A DNA stretch of 64,000 bases, taken from NCBI GenBank assembly GCA_035358715.1, contig DAOPPX010000001.1, forward strand, positions 274,412 through 338,411, written 5' to 3'. The DNA is from Verrucomicrobiota bacterium (GTDB taxonomy: Bacteria; Verrucomicrobiota; Verrucomicrobiia; Limisphaerales; UBA8199). A program made the position numbers and the translations under genes. Shown piece after piece: positions 9,349 to 18,130 of the stretch; positions within the stretch are counted from its first letter, which is position 1; the number at the start of each line of letters is the position of its first letter. The notes below the pieces were generated by a model. The model did not search any database. It was not told the DNA's origin and saw only the letters and a list, made by a program, of their open reading frames with translations.

Positions 9349-10716
9349 TTAGAGGTAGATGACGGTTCCAGGGATGGCGAGGCCGGCGACGGCGCCCAGG
9401 TTGCACTGCTTGGTGGTGGTCACCCAGACAAAGTCGCAAGGGACCGTGTCCGGGAACGAGCCGGCCAGGTCAGTGAAAACCACCGCCAAATCGCACTTGT
9501 ACTGGCTGTTGCCGCCGGGCGGCGGACCGCCGTTCTCCTGCATTTCCCGAATATTGGCGGCGATGCAGCGGAAGTCAGTGCCGCCCCCGCCGACGATAGC
9601 CAACTGGCTGAGCTTCTCGACGGGGTCCTCTCCTTCGCCCACCTCGATCCGGCTCAGAATGCCGGTATCGAAACAACTGATGCCGTAGGTCATGCTTTTC
9701 TTCCGCTTGGTGAAGAAGTCGCGGAAGACCTTCATGCAATCGCCGATGTCCCCGGCCGAGATGCTGCCGGAGCAGTCGATGAACAACTCGATGTGCCCGG
9801 TTTTTTCTTCGATGGGGTCGGCTTTGCGGGGGGCGAAATAATCGTTGGCCAGCTTGCGGTTGTGATAGAGGGCCAGGTCGTCGGCAACGGGATACTTTGA
9901 GCGCAGACAATCCATGATGGCCTCGCTCGCGTCGCGGGGCGGGTTGGCCTTGAAGTAGAGCAGGCGAATGCCGTTGAATCCCTGGCTGCCGAAATCGTTG
10001 GTCTTGGTGAATTCGGCCACCCAATCGTTGATCAGTTCCTGCGCGAAGGTTTCGTGGACCGGCGACGAATAATCCTGGAGGCTGGCGACGCACCCGTTCA
10101 AATGAGTCAACTGGAGGAGCGGCGTATGCGTGACGTCGCCGACTGCAACGGTGCCTTGTTCCAACTGGCTCAGCGCTTCTTCCGCCATCTTCGGTCCTGC
10201 CTGCAAGGCCATGAGCGCCTTGAACACATATCCGTTCTGCTCCCAGAGGGGCGCGTTGGCGGGCTGCTTGATCCCGAGGGATTGCATGTGGGCCAGCACG
10301 GCCTGGGTTTGCGCCAAGCTCAACAATTGCTGCTGCTCGGCAGGTGCCTTGAGATAACGCGTTTGGTATCCGAGCGCGAAGTGGCTCGTGTGGAACAGGA
10401 CCAGCCAGAACACCGCCTGGTTCTTTTCGTCTTCGCTGATCGGCGCAGTTTCGATTGCCTGGATGAGGCGGGTGTTCAACCGCAGCGTGTCTGACCAAAT
10501 GAAGCTTTGCTGGTCCAGCTCCACTTTCAGGTGACGCTCGAAGATACTGCAAAAGGGGCGCACCAACGGCTTGTCGCGGTGCGCGTGGAAACCTTTGGCC
10601 AATCGCGCCTCCAAAGGCGAGAGCAGGCCGCCCAGGGTTTTACTGACCGCGCGTTGAGCAGTGGCAATGTTGGCGTCGTTCAGGGGACGCACGGGAGACG
10701 TTGTCGTCGTGTTCAT
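9349..10716 (-). CDS. VWA-domain protein with degenerate peptidase-like N-domain (CobT/NorD/DUF2201-like partner of the MoxR ATPase)
   Basis: MIDAS motif LFIDCSGSIS near the C-terminus. N-domain LVLFHTSHFALGY looks like a decayed HExxH. I prefer the ATG at 10716 (MNTTTTSP) over the ORF-track start at 10755. Confidence 0.75.
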   Translation of the reverse strand: MNTTTTSPVRPLNDANIATAQRAVSKTLGGLLSPLEARLAKGFHAHRDKPLVRPFCSIFERHLKVELDQQSFIWSDTLRLNTRLIQAIETAPISEDEKNQAVFWLVLFHTSHFALGYQTRYLKAPAEQQQLLSLAQTQAVLAHMQSLGIKQPANAPLWEQNGYVFKALMALQAGPKMAEEALSQLEQGTVAVGDVTHTPLLQLTHLNGCVASLQDYSSPVHETFAQELINDWVAEFTKTNDFGSQGFNGIRLLYFKANPPRDASEAIMDCLRSKYPVADDLALYHNRKLANDYFAPRKADPIEEKTGHIELFIDCSGSISAGDIGDCMKVFRDFFTKRKKSMTYGISCFDTGILSRIEVGEGEDPVEKLSQLAIVGGGGTDFRCIAANIREMQENGGPPPGGNSQYKCDLAVVFTDLAGSFPDTVPCDFVWVTTTKQCNLGAVAGLAIPGTVIYL

Positions 10717-10844
10717 GCGGTTTGTTGTTTGGTGGCAAACTGCCCTGGGTTGCATCTGCGCTTTCCCACCTTCTGGCGCTCCGCGGACCTCACAGAGGCA
10801 TTGCGTCAGACGGTTTGGCCTTCCGCATATTTCAAAGGCAAAGC

Positions 10845-10854
10845 CCTAGAATGG
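10845..10854 (+). promoter_or_regulatory. -10-like motif copy CCTAGAATGG (plus strand)
   Basis: Sense orientation, 128 nt upstream of the pilin ATG at 10983. Confidence 0.4.
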
Positions 10855-10982
10855 TATTGTCGGCCGGCCAGGTGAACGACTGACATAAGCTCCCGGTCGG
10901 GAGGAAAAGCGCTGGTGTAACTGTTGCCCGGCGTGGATGTCAGAAGGCACAAAGGGGCGGTCACACCACAGATACCAAACGT

Positions 10983-11336
10983 ATGAAACTTATGAACCTC
11001 CGCAGAAAAGCCAAGGGCTTCACCCTGGTTGAACTCATCGCCGTGGTCAGTGTCATCCTGATCCTGGTGGCGATTGTCGTGCCCCGCATCGGTGACCTGC
11101 GTGGCCAGGCTACCAATGCCCGCGCGCAATCGAACGCCAAGATCGTCCAAAGCGCTATCGAACGCGCCGCCGTCGAAGGGGCGCTCACGGCCGCCAACGC
11201 GACCGACCAGGCGTCGGTTTACAGCGTGCTGACCACCGCCACCAACGGGATGTCCGGCGCCCCGTATCTCTCCGAGATGCCGAACCCGACTCCCTCCATC
11301 AGCGGGTCATTCCCGAACTTCACGGTGAGCCCGTAG
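10983..11336 (+). CDS. type IV pilin / pseudopilin-like protein
   Basis: Prepilin signature MKLMNLRRKAKG|FTLVELIAVVSVILILVAIV with Gly-1, Phe+1 and Glu+5. Confidence 0.85.
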   Translation: MKLMNLRRKAKGFTLVELIAVVSVILILVAIVVPRIGDLRGQATNARAQSNAKIVQSAIERAAVEGALTAANATDQASVYSVLTTATNGMSGAPYLSEMPNPTPSISGSFPNFTVSP

Positions 11337-11355
11337 CGGGATGGAGCGAACAAAA

Positions 11356-11388
11356 CCCCGGCGGGCGACCGCCGGGGTTCTTCGTTTT
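11356..11388 (+). terminator. rho-independent terminator after the first pilin gene
   Basis: Perfect 9-bp GC stem CCCCGGCGG-GCGA-CCGCCGGGG followed by TTCTTCGTTTT. Confidence 0.75.
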
Positions 11389-11432
11389 ACGCGGGATCTT
11401 CAACTCGGCAAAAGCACGAAGCCTAAGAGTCA

Positions 11433-11819
11433 ATGATGAATCCAATGCCTCGGGCTGAGAAGCGCGGGTTTACGCTCATTGAGATTTTGGCGGTAGTCGC
11501 CGTTCTATTCATACTGGCTGCAATGGTGATTCCGCGGATCGTGGTCATTCGCACCCAATCAATCCAGCAGCGCAACAACTATAACAGCCGTCAGATCGTA
11601 GCCGCAATCGAGCGCTTCCAGTGGGATGGCGGCGTCCTGACAAACCTCTGTATTATCGATTCGGTTTCAGGACAGCTTTCCGATGCCAGCGTTGATTCCG
11701 TGATTGCCCAACTGGTCGGGAGCAATAAGCTCTACCCCTCCGACCACCTCTCTTCCAGGCAGATCTCGATGTACTCCAGCGGCGGTTTCCTCTCGGCATT
11801 CGGCACCCAGGACAACTGA
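11433..11819 (+). CDS. type IV pilin-like protein
   Basis: MMNPMPRAEKRG|FTLIEILAVVAVLFILAAMV. CCTAAGAGTCA-ATGATG lies directly upstream. Confidence 0.85.
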   Translation: MMNPMPRAEKRGFTLIEILAVVAVLFILAAMVIPRIVVIRTQSIQQRNNYNSRQIVAAIERFQWDGGVLTNLCIIDSVSGQLSDASVDSVIAQLVGSNKLYPSDHLSSRQISMYSSGGFLSAFGTQDN

Positions 11820-11941
11820 ACGTCCTGTTGCGGAACGAGGTCGTTGAGTGTGCAACGGGCTACCGGCGCCGCAAGGGTTATGTCCCGCTTGACCAGCAGC
11901 GATTGCGGTCTCAACTCAAAGTCCACGAGGTTACCGACGTC

Positions 11942-12223
11942 ATGAGGGCCGGACTATTGGTGGCCGACCCCGGCGCCGCGTTCATTGACGCTGGGGAGAG
12001 GGATCTCCTGAGCTACGCTGTGACGCAGGAAGCGCTGCTGTTGCTCTGCTCTCCGGATAAAGCCGCAATCAGTTCGGCCTTTCGGTTGAATCTTTTTGAC
12101 CGACTCGTCGCGCTGGAAGAATTGGCCTTGGTGGCAGGTGTGCGGAAGCACGGCTACGGGGAGAACCACACCAAGGAATGGCTGACCAGCTACAAGACCA
12201 AGGTCCAGTTGGGCATCCTGTGA
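11942..12223 (+). CDS. hypothetical protein (93 aa from the first ATG)
   Basis: Only ORF evidence. The track ORF begins at a TTG at 11828. Confidence 0.3.
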   Translation: MRAGLLVADPGAAFIDAGERDLLSYAVTQEALLLLCSPDKAAISSAFRLNLFDRLVALEELALVAGVRKHGYGENHTKEWLTSYKTKVQLGIL

Positions 12224-12288
12224 GTCTGATCCGTGCTGATTCCAGATTGCTCAGGCTTTAGGCCAACGTTTCTGGCACTGCCTCCGAT

Positions 12289-12738
12289 TTACTGAGTCCA
12301 GGCCCCGGCACATTCAACTCCTGCCACCAGGCAGCGGTGCGGCGTGAACAGTTTGTTTCGTTCGATTAGCTGCTTGCCCATTTCCGTAATGGCCCATCGT
12401 CCTTGGGGATCTCTGAAAACAAAACCGCCGCGGTAGAGCTGGGTGAAAACGTCCGGTCCCACTCTCCGGCCCTGAAGGACGGACTCCAACGCAGCAGCCA
12501 ACGCCGGCGCTGCGGTCGGAGAATTCAGCAGCCGGCAGGAAATGACGCTGTCCTGTTCGGTGGACGGAAGGATTTCTCGACCAATGCCAGAGAGGCTTTT
12601 TTCTGTCGGGATTCCAGTGGGCGCGCTGATTTCCTTCCGCTGCTGAACAAGCCTCCGGGCAGCTTGCAAGCGCAAATGAACACCTGCCGGGGCAACGGGG
12701 GGGCGTTGAGCGAAATATCGGAGCAACCACGCGAGCAT
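12289..12738 (-). CDS. hypothetical protein (149 aa)
   Basis: ORF convergent with 11942-12223. No motif recognised. Confidence 0.4.
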   Translation of the reverse strand: MLAWLLRYFAQRPPVAPAGVHLRLQAARRLVQQRKEISAPTGIPTEKSLSGIGREILPSTEQDSVISCRLLNSPTAAPALAAALESVLQGRRVGPDVFTQLYRGGFVFRDPQGRWAITEMGKQLIERNKLFTPHRCLVAGVECAGAWTQ

Positions 12739-12863
12739 TCTGCGCGTCTTGCTATTGGGCGAAGCCTTTTCCGGAGGAGGATCGCCCCGCCAGGTGAATT
12801 ATTACCGTCACCCTTGGCCTTCCGGACATTCCCATTCTCCGTCAAAGCCCGCGTACCCCAGGT

Positions 12864-13466
12864 TTACGGCTCTTTGGAGGATTCGGAATTCCGTTCCACG
12901 AGTTGGCGCAAAATCCTATCCTGGTTTTTCAGCACGGTGATGGTGGTGGAAAACCGTTTTTCCTCAGTCGCCTGGAACGATTTAATCTCTCGGTCGAGTT
13001 CGGTCTGCTTGGAGGCCAGAGCGGTAGCTTGCTCGGCCAGGCGGTTTTCGAGCGCCGGGAGCTTTTTGATCTCCTCATTGAAGCTCTGCTGCCGCGCTTC
13101 ATTGGCAGCCCTGAGTTTGTTGACGGTGGCCTCCAAGCTGGCGAGGTCGGCCGAGACGTCCTTTGGGATCCTCAAATTGTTGGCCGTATTAAAGGCAGCC
13201 TGAGCTGCCGCCTGGACCCGGTTTACCTGCAGCTTCAGCGCCTGGACTTTCTGTTGCTGGAGCGAGGCGCAAACCAAGGCCCCAGCAGCCACGAGCATCG
13301 CGGCAATGGAACCGATCGTCCCAGGCGAAATCCTCCTGGACTTGGGCGACTCCAGTACACGCGGTTCCGCCTCCGCGGCTGCGGTATGTGGTTCGGATGC
13401 GGCTGGTGCGTCAGGTGCGGGACCCGGTGGCTCGATGCCGCCAATTCGTGGTGCATTCGCGTTCAT
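12864..13466 (-). CDS. single-pass membrane coiled-coil protein downstream of the secretin
   Basis: TM helix IGSIAAMLVAAGALVCASL followed by about 120 aa of heptad-like sequence (QALKLQVNRVQAAAQ..LRAANEARQQ..). Confidence 0.6.
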   Translation of the reverse strand: MNANAPRIGGIEPPGPAPDAPAASEPHTAAAEAEPRVLESPKSRRISPGTIGSIAAMLVAAGALVCASLQQQKVQALKLQVNRVQAAAQAAFNTANNLRIPKDVSADLASLEATVNKLRAANEARQQSFNEEIKKLPALENRLAEQATALASKQTELDREIKSFQATEEKRFSTTITVLKNQDRILRQLVERNSESSKEP

Positions 13467-13475
13467 GGTATCGTG

Positions 13476-15737
13476 TTACTTCAACTGGTTCAAAAGCCGC
13501 GCGTTCTCCTTCAGTGCTTCGGCGCCGGCGGTCTTCTCTGGTTCAGCCTTTCGGGAGGGCACCGAGTTGGTTGAAACCGGAGAAGTGGTTTGCGGCTTGT
13601 CCTGGCCCGCCGCCAGCCCTTCTTTCAGCGAATTGGTGTAATCCTCTTCGGCTCGGTCCAGTGCCGCCTTGGCCGATTCCTCGTCTACCTTCAGCTTCTC
13701 AAGGCCGTCGCGGTTTTCCTCGAGTTGCTTGAGCAACTGCACTTGGTCTGTCTTGGCCTTGGAGAGCTTGGTTTCGATCTCGGATGCCGCGACGGGATCG
13801 ATTGCGCCTTCGCGCTGCAGAGCGGGACGGCGTTTCTGCTGCTGCTCCAACTGCTGGACCTCGGCGGCTTTGGCGGCTGCGTCGCGCGCCAAGTCCTGGC
13901 AACGGTTCTCAGCTTCCAACCGGCGGGCAATAATCTGGTTGGCTTGTTCGGTGCGAAGCTCGAGGGCCTCCTTCTTGGCGTGGATCAAGGCTTTATCGGA
14001 CCATTCTCCCTTGCGCAGGAGGAAGTTGGAGTTGGCCTCGGCGGAGAGTGTGGACTCGTCGTCGGGTTGGCTGTCCTCGACTTTGAGCTTTCCTTCGGGA
14101 ATCCGCGGGTTGTTGCTCTCATCGAGGACGGTGGCGGTAATGAAGATGGTCAGGTAGTTGATGTCCTTTTTGTCCTCCTCGTTGCGGAACAGCTTGCCCA
14201 AGCCGGGGATGTCGCCCAGGTAAGGGACTTTGCTGCGGCTCTTGCTCGACGTGGAGGTGCGCAGTCCGGCAATGACCACAGTGTCTCCGCTGTTGAGTGT
14301 GAATTCCCCGTTGAAGGCGCGTCCCGAGGTCTGCGGCACCTGTCTGGGCGGCGCACCTTGCGTGCCGGATGAGACCGTCACGAACTGATCAAGCTGGCTG
14401 ACGCTGATGGCGGTGCCGAGCTTGAGCCGGTTGCCATCCTGGATGCGCGGCAGGATGTTGATTGTGGTACCGACGTTCACAAATGACGTGTTGTCATAAC
14501 CCACACCGGCCGCCCCGTTATAGGAGCCACCTGCAACCGAGCTGCCGGAAATGTAAGGAATCTGCTGTGTCGCGGCGAAGGCGGCCTCCCGCCCGTTGGC
14601 CGTGATGGTCGAGGGTTGCGCCACGGTCTCGCCCTTTTGGTCGGTGACGAAGAAGTTGAGGGTGGCGGAGATATCGTTGCGCAGAACAATCGAACTCATC
14701 GGATTTCCAAAAGCGGAACCAAGCTGCTTGAGCGAGTTCATGGCGGCGAAGGAATTGGTGCCAGTGCTAGAGGCGGTCGTGCCCGGCGGCACCAACCCGA
14801 AGGTGAGGCCGGGAGACAGCATGTTGGCCCAGTCCACTCCCATTCGGCTCATCGGATTGGAGGTCGTGGCGAAAATGCGGACATCAATCCGGATGTTGGG
14901 ATTCCTGGCATTGGCGATTTCGAGGTACTTGGAAATCCGCTCGGCCGCCTGCCGGGTGCCGCAAAGCAGCACCTGCTGCTTCTCCTCATAGTACCAGACC
15001 TTGTTCTTGCTGTCGTCCCCCGTGTTGGCCACTTTATCCAGCAGCGCCTCGATTTCGCCATACTTTCCGCCGTTCTCCACGGTAATGGACCCCGCATTGG
15101 CGGAAACCGCGTTGCCTCCGCCATAGCCGCCCCCATAACCGCCGCCGCCCGTGGGCGCACTTTGAGCACTGCCTTTGAACCGGTCAATGAAGTTGTCCTT
15201 TAGCTTGAATTTATAGAAGGCGACCTGGTTGGTGTACTTGCGGATCGTGTAGAGCCCGGTGCCGGCATCGTAGAGTTCCAGTCCGCGGTGTTTGAGCAAG
15301 AAGCTCAGCAGGTCCATCGGCTTGGGTTCGGTCATTTGCAGCGAGATTTCCTCCTCGGGGAGCTGGTCTTCTTGCGGCTCGAGATAGTTGAGCCCGGTCC
15401 GGCGCGCCAGCAGCCTGAACACCGAGCGGAGGGGAACGCTTTCGATGGCGAGGTAAGGCGCATCCTTGCTTTCGGTAGCATCCGGCCCCACGGGAGTTGA
15501 ATCGTTGGCCTGGACGGGGTCGTACAACCCCATCACTCGCACCTGTGTATCGGTTGTGAAAGGCAGTTTTGGTTTGGCCGATGCACCCGGGGCGGCCGGC
15601 GTCATGTCCATGGCGGTCGTTTTGTCGAAATCCGGCCGGGTTACGCTGGCGGGTTGGGCCCATAATGCGGTGCCTGCTAGGCACACATAGAACGAGAGCA
15701 TCCTTCTTGCACTGGCAGCCATGAGAAATCTGGTCAT
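13476..15737 (-). CDS. type II/IV-pilus secretin (PilQ/GspD family) with long C-terminal coiled-coil extension
   Basis: Secretin C-domain KVPYLGDIPGLGKLFRNEEDKKDINYLTIFITATVL. Signal-like MTRFLMAASARRMLSFYVCLAGTALWAQP. I prefer the ATG at 15737, with TACAAT 6 nt upstream, over the track start at 15824 that overlaps pilB. Confidence 0.9.
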   Translation of the reverse strand: MTRFLMAASARRMLSFYVCLAGTALWAQPASVTRPDFDKTTAMDMTPAAPGASAKPKLPFTTDTQVRVMGLYDPVQANDSTPVGPDATESKDAPYLAIESVPLRSVFRLLARRTGLNYLEPQEDQLPEEEISLQMTEPKPMDLLSFLLKHRGLELYDAGTGLYTIRKYTNQVAFYKFKLKDNFIDRFKGSAQSAPTGGGGYGGGYGGGNAVSANAGSITVENGGKYGEIEALLDKVANTGDDSKNKVWYYEEKQQVLLCGTRQAAERISKYLEIANARNPNIRIDVRIFATTSNPMSRMGVDWANMLSPGLTFGLVPPGTTASSTGTNSFAAMNSLKQLGSAFGNPMSSIVLRNDISATLNFFVTDQKGETVAQPSTITANGREAAFAATQQIPYISGSSVAGGSYNGAAGVGYDNTSFVNVGTTINILPRIQDGNRLKLGTAISVSQLDQFVTVSSGTQGAPPRQVPQTSGRAFNGEFTLNSGDTVVIAGLRTSTSSKSRSKVPYLGDIPGLGKLFRNEEDKKDINYLTIFITATVLDESNNPRIPEGKLKVEDSQPDDESTLSAEANSNFLLRKGEWSDKALIHAKKEALELRTEQANQIIARRLEAENRCQDLARDAAAKAAEVQQLEQQQKRRPALQREGAIDPVAASEIETKLSKAKTDQVQLLKQLEENRDGLEKLKVDEESAKAALDRAEEDYTNSLKEGLAAGQDKPQTTSPVSTNSVPSRKAEPEKTAGAEALKENARLLNQLK

Positions 15738-15741
15738 TCCT

Positions 15742-15751
15742 CCATTGTAGG
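15742..15751 (-). promoter_or_regulatory. -10-like motif copy CCTACAATGG (inside the 3' end of the pilB-like gene)
   Basis: Minus strand reads CCCTACAATGG-AGGA-ATG(15737). Confidence 0.5.
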
Positions 15752-15777
15752 GCGTTCCTGACCGGTTCATGCGCGCT

Positions 15778-18000
15778 CTATTGATGGTCATCCTGCTCAA
15801 AATCCAAAAACAGCTTCTGCGCATCTTTCAAATCAACCTGCCCTTCATTCACCAGCTCCATGGACTGCGACAGGATAGGGCGAAAACCGAAGGCCTTTTG
15901 CGCGTGCCGCGCGATTTCGGAGTGCGTCTGGCCTTTGAGCAGGAGTTCCCGCATCCCAGCGTCCACCGGGATCACCTCGGTGATGATGCGCCGACCGGTG
16001 TAACCCTTGTGGCAATTGCGGCACCCAAGGGTGTTAGCGTGGTAGATGGCGGCATTCAGCTGCACGCTGCTCTGTTTGCGGATGCGCGAGATCTCCAGTT
16101 CGGCAGGTTTCCGGCTCTTGCGGCAGACCGGGCACAGGCGCGGGATGAGGCGCTGCGCCAGAATCAGCCGGACCGCATCCGCAATCTGGTGCGCTTCCGC
16201 CCCTAGCGCCTGCAGCCGGTCAAAAGTGCCAATCGCGGAATTGGTGTGCAGGGTCGTTAGCACCAAATGCCCGGTATTCGCTGCCTGCACCGCGATATTT
16301 GCCACCTCCCGGTCGCGGATTTCTCCAAGCAGAATAACCTGCGGCGCCTGCCGCAGCAGAGCCCGTAGCCCCCGGGCGAACGTGAGGCCGATGGCGTCGT
16401 TAACCTGGGTCTGGCTGATGCCAGGCACGAAAATCTCAATCGGATCTTCCAAGCTTACGATGCTCAGTCGTTCACGGTCCATCTCCTGCACGGCAGAATA
16501 AAGGGTAGTCGTCTTGCCGGAACCGGTGGGCCCTGTGACGATGACGATCCCGTTGGCCATGCCGAGCGCCCGGCGCACCAGTTGCAAGTGGCCATGGCGC
16601 ATGCCCAGCTTGTCGAGATTGGGGAACCGGATGGTGGAACTCAGCAGCCGCAGGGTGATTTTCTCTTCCTGGCTGTCCAGGACCGGCATGGTAGCGGCGC
16701 GGATTTCAAGCGGCGTTCCGCGGATGTTGAGCGTGATCTTGCCGTCCTGCGGCAGCCGCTTCTCAGTAATGTTCATCCCGGCGCGCACCTTGAGATGCAG
16801 CACGATGTTGGAGCCATACTGCTTGGGCATCCCTTCAAAGAACGTGGTGTTGATCCCATCAATCGTGAACCGGATGCGGTAATCGCTTGTCTGAGGCTCA
16901 ATCAAGATATCGGAGGCGCCGCGCTTATAGGCGGCGAAAAGGGCCGCCTCGGCAATGGTCTTGATCTTCACCGTTTGCGGATCCAGGTCCTCGTCGGTGA
17001 ACTGTGCCGGATCAATGGTGTCCACCGCGCTGTCAGGAAGCTCGTCCTCGCGCTTGATGTACTTCGACAGTTGAATCGTCTTGTTGACCTGGTCCTCGAG
17101 AAAGCGATTGAAATCCCGCTGCAGAATGGGGAAAAGCTGCACCGCCAGCCCCTGGCGGCGAACCTGCTCGGCCACGGTTTCCACGCTGTTGAAATTGTCC
17201 CAGTTGAGCACGTAACCCAACTGCATCAACCGCTGGTTTTCAAACAGGATGACCGCCTCAGCGGCCTTCAGGGCGCCGGAGGAGACCCGTTTGGACTCCT
17301 GCGGCACGTCCACGATATCCAGAGAGATGCAGGCTTGCCCCTTGGTCTTGCGGGAAAACCAGTATTCCCACTCCTGCGGGATTCCGGAGAACCCGTTCGA
17401 TTTTTTGATTCTCTCCAGGACCATCCGCTCCTCCTCCGTCAGCGGGTTGTATGCCAGTTGCCACTCCGCCCATTCCCGCGGCGTTGCCGGCGGCGGTTTG
17501 CCATTAGCAACGCAAGCGTCTGCTGACGGACCGGGATAGCGCTGTTCCCACACCTCCGCCAGCTTCTGAAAGGTGCTCCAGGTGCAGAGGACCACCTGAG
17601 TGTTCTCCTTGTAGAGACATGCAGGCAGAGGAACGTAAGGGTCGTAATGTGCCAGGAGCAGGCCGGGTCCTTGCGTCAGGACGGGGACGTGCCCGCCGGA
17701 TACCCTTTGGAATCCCATCGCCTGGCACCGGGAGAAGAGCGCTGGCACCGCGCCGACGTGGCTGTTGGTCAGGAACGGCAGCTCGAATGCTTCGGCAATG
17801 AAAGCCGTCAAATCCTCCTCTCCCAGGAAGTCTTCATCGCTGGAACGGATGCTGTTCGAAGTCAGAAACTCGAACAGGTTCGAAACGGGCTCCTCGAAGC
17901 GGAGGCAGTATTCCTGGGTAAACCGGTCGAGCAGTTGCTGTAGTCCTGGAGTGGGAAAGAGTCGTGTCCCCTCGTCTGTCGCGGCCGCTTGGGTTTCCAT
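15778..18000 (-). CDS. pilB: PilB/GspE-family assembly ATPase with extended N-terminus
   Basis: Walker A VTGPTGSGKTTTLYS, plus ILLGEIRD, TGHLVLTTLHTN and a tetracysteine CPVC..CRNC. The N-terminal region contains a GspE_N-like segment (AEAFELPFL..LLLAHYDP). Confidence 0.9.
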   Translation of the reverse strand: METQAAATDEGTRLFPTPGLQQLLDRFTQEYCLRFEEPVSNLFEFLTSNSIRSSDEDFLGEEDLTAFIAEAFELPFLTNSHVGAVPALFSRCQAMGFQRVSGGHVPVLTQGPGLLLAHYDPYVPLPACLYKENTQVVLCTWSTFQKLAEVWEQRYPGPSADACVANGKPPPATPREWAEWQLAYNPLTEEERMVLERIKKSNGFSGIPQEWEYWFSRKTKGQACISLDIVDVPQESKRVSSGALKAAEAVILFENQRLMQLGYVLNWDNFNSVETVAEQVRRQGLAVQLFPILQRDFNRFLEDQVNKTIQLSKYIKREDELPDSAVDTIDPAQFTDEDLDPQTVKIKTIAEAALFAAYKRGASDILIEPQTSDYRIRFTIDGINTTFFEGMPKQYGSNIVLHLKVRAGMNITEKRLPQDGKITLNIRGTPLEIRAATMPVLDSQEEKITLRLLSSTIRFPNLDKLGMRHGHLQLVRRALGMANGIVIVTGPTGSGKTTTLYSAVQEMDRERLSIVSLEDPIEIFVPGISQTQVNDAIGLTFARGLRALLRQAPQVILLGEIRDREVANIAVQAANTGHLVLTTLHTNSAIGTFDRLQALGAEAHQIADAVRLILAQRLIPRLCPVCRKSRKPAELEISRIRKQSSVQLNAAIYHANTLGCRNCHKGYTGRRIITEVIPVDAGMRELLLKGQTHSEIARHAQKAFGFRPILSQSMELVNEGQVDLKDAQKLFLDFEQDDHQ

Positions 18001-18011
18001 CGTGTTTTACC

Positions 18012-18021
18012 CCATTATAGT
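18012..18021 (-). promoter_or_regulatory. -10-like motif variant ACTATAATGG
   Basis: TATAAT lies 13 nt upstream of the pilB-like ATG at 18000. Confidence 0.45.
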
Positions 18022-18130
18022 TCCCCCAAACCTTGCGCCGACAGCAAAGCGGCCAAATACACGAGCGCCTGCAACGGATTTACTGGATGACCACGCCGGC
18101 TGCACGTGCGGAGCCAGGCTGTTGTTTCAA

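Noticed and set aside
10855-10982. Possible c-di-GMP or other riboswitch in the roughly 120-nt leader of the first pilin gene.
   Set aside because: I saw only a small hairpin (10890-10903) and a loose GGCACAAAGG segment. There is no convincing match to GEMM-type conserved cores that I can recall. A covariance-model scan would be needed.
15738-15824. Upstream extension of the secretin ORF overlapping the pilB-like gene by 47 nt.
   Set aside because: A signal-peptide-like N-terminus starts at the ATG at 15737, and a TACAAT box sits 6 nt upstream of it.
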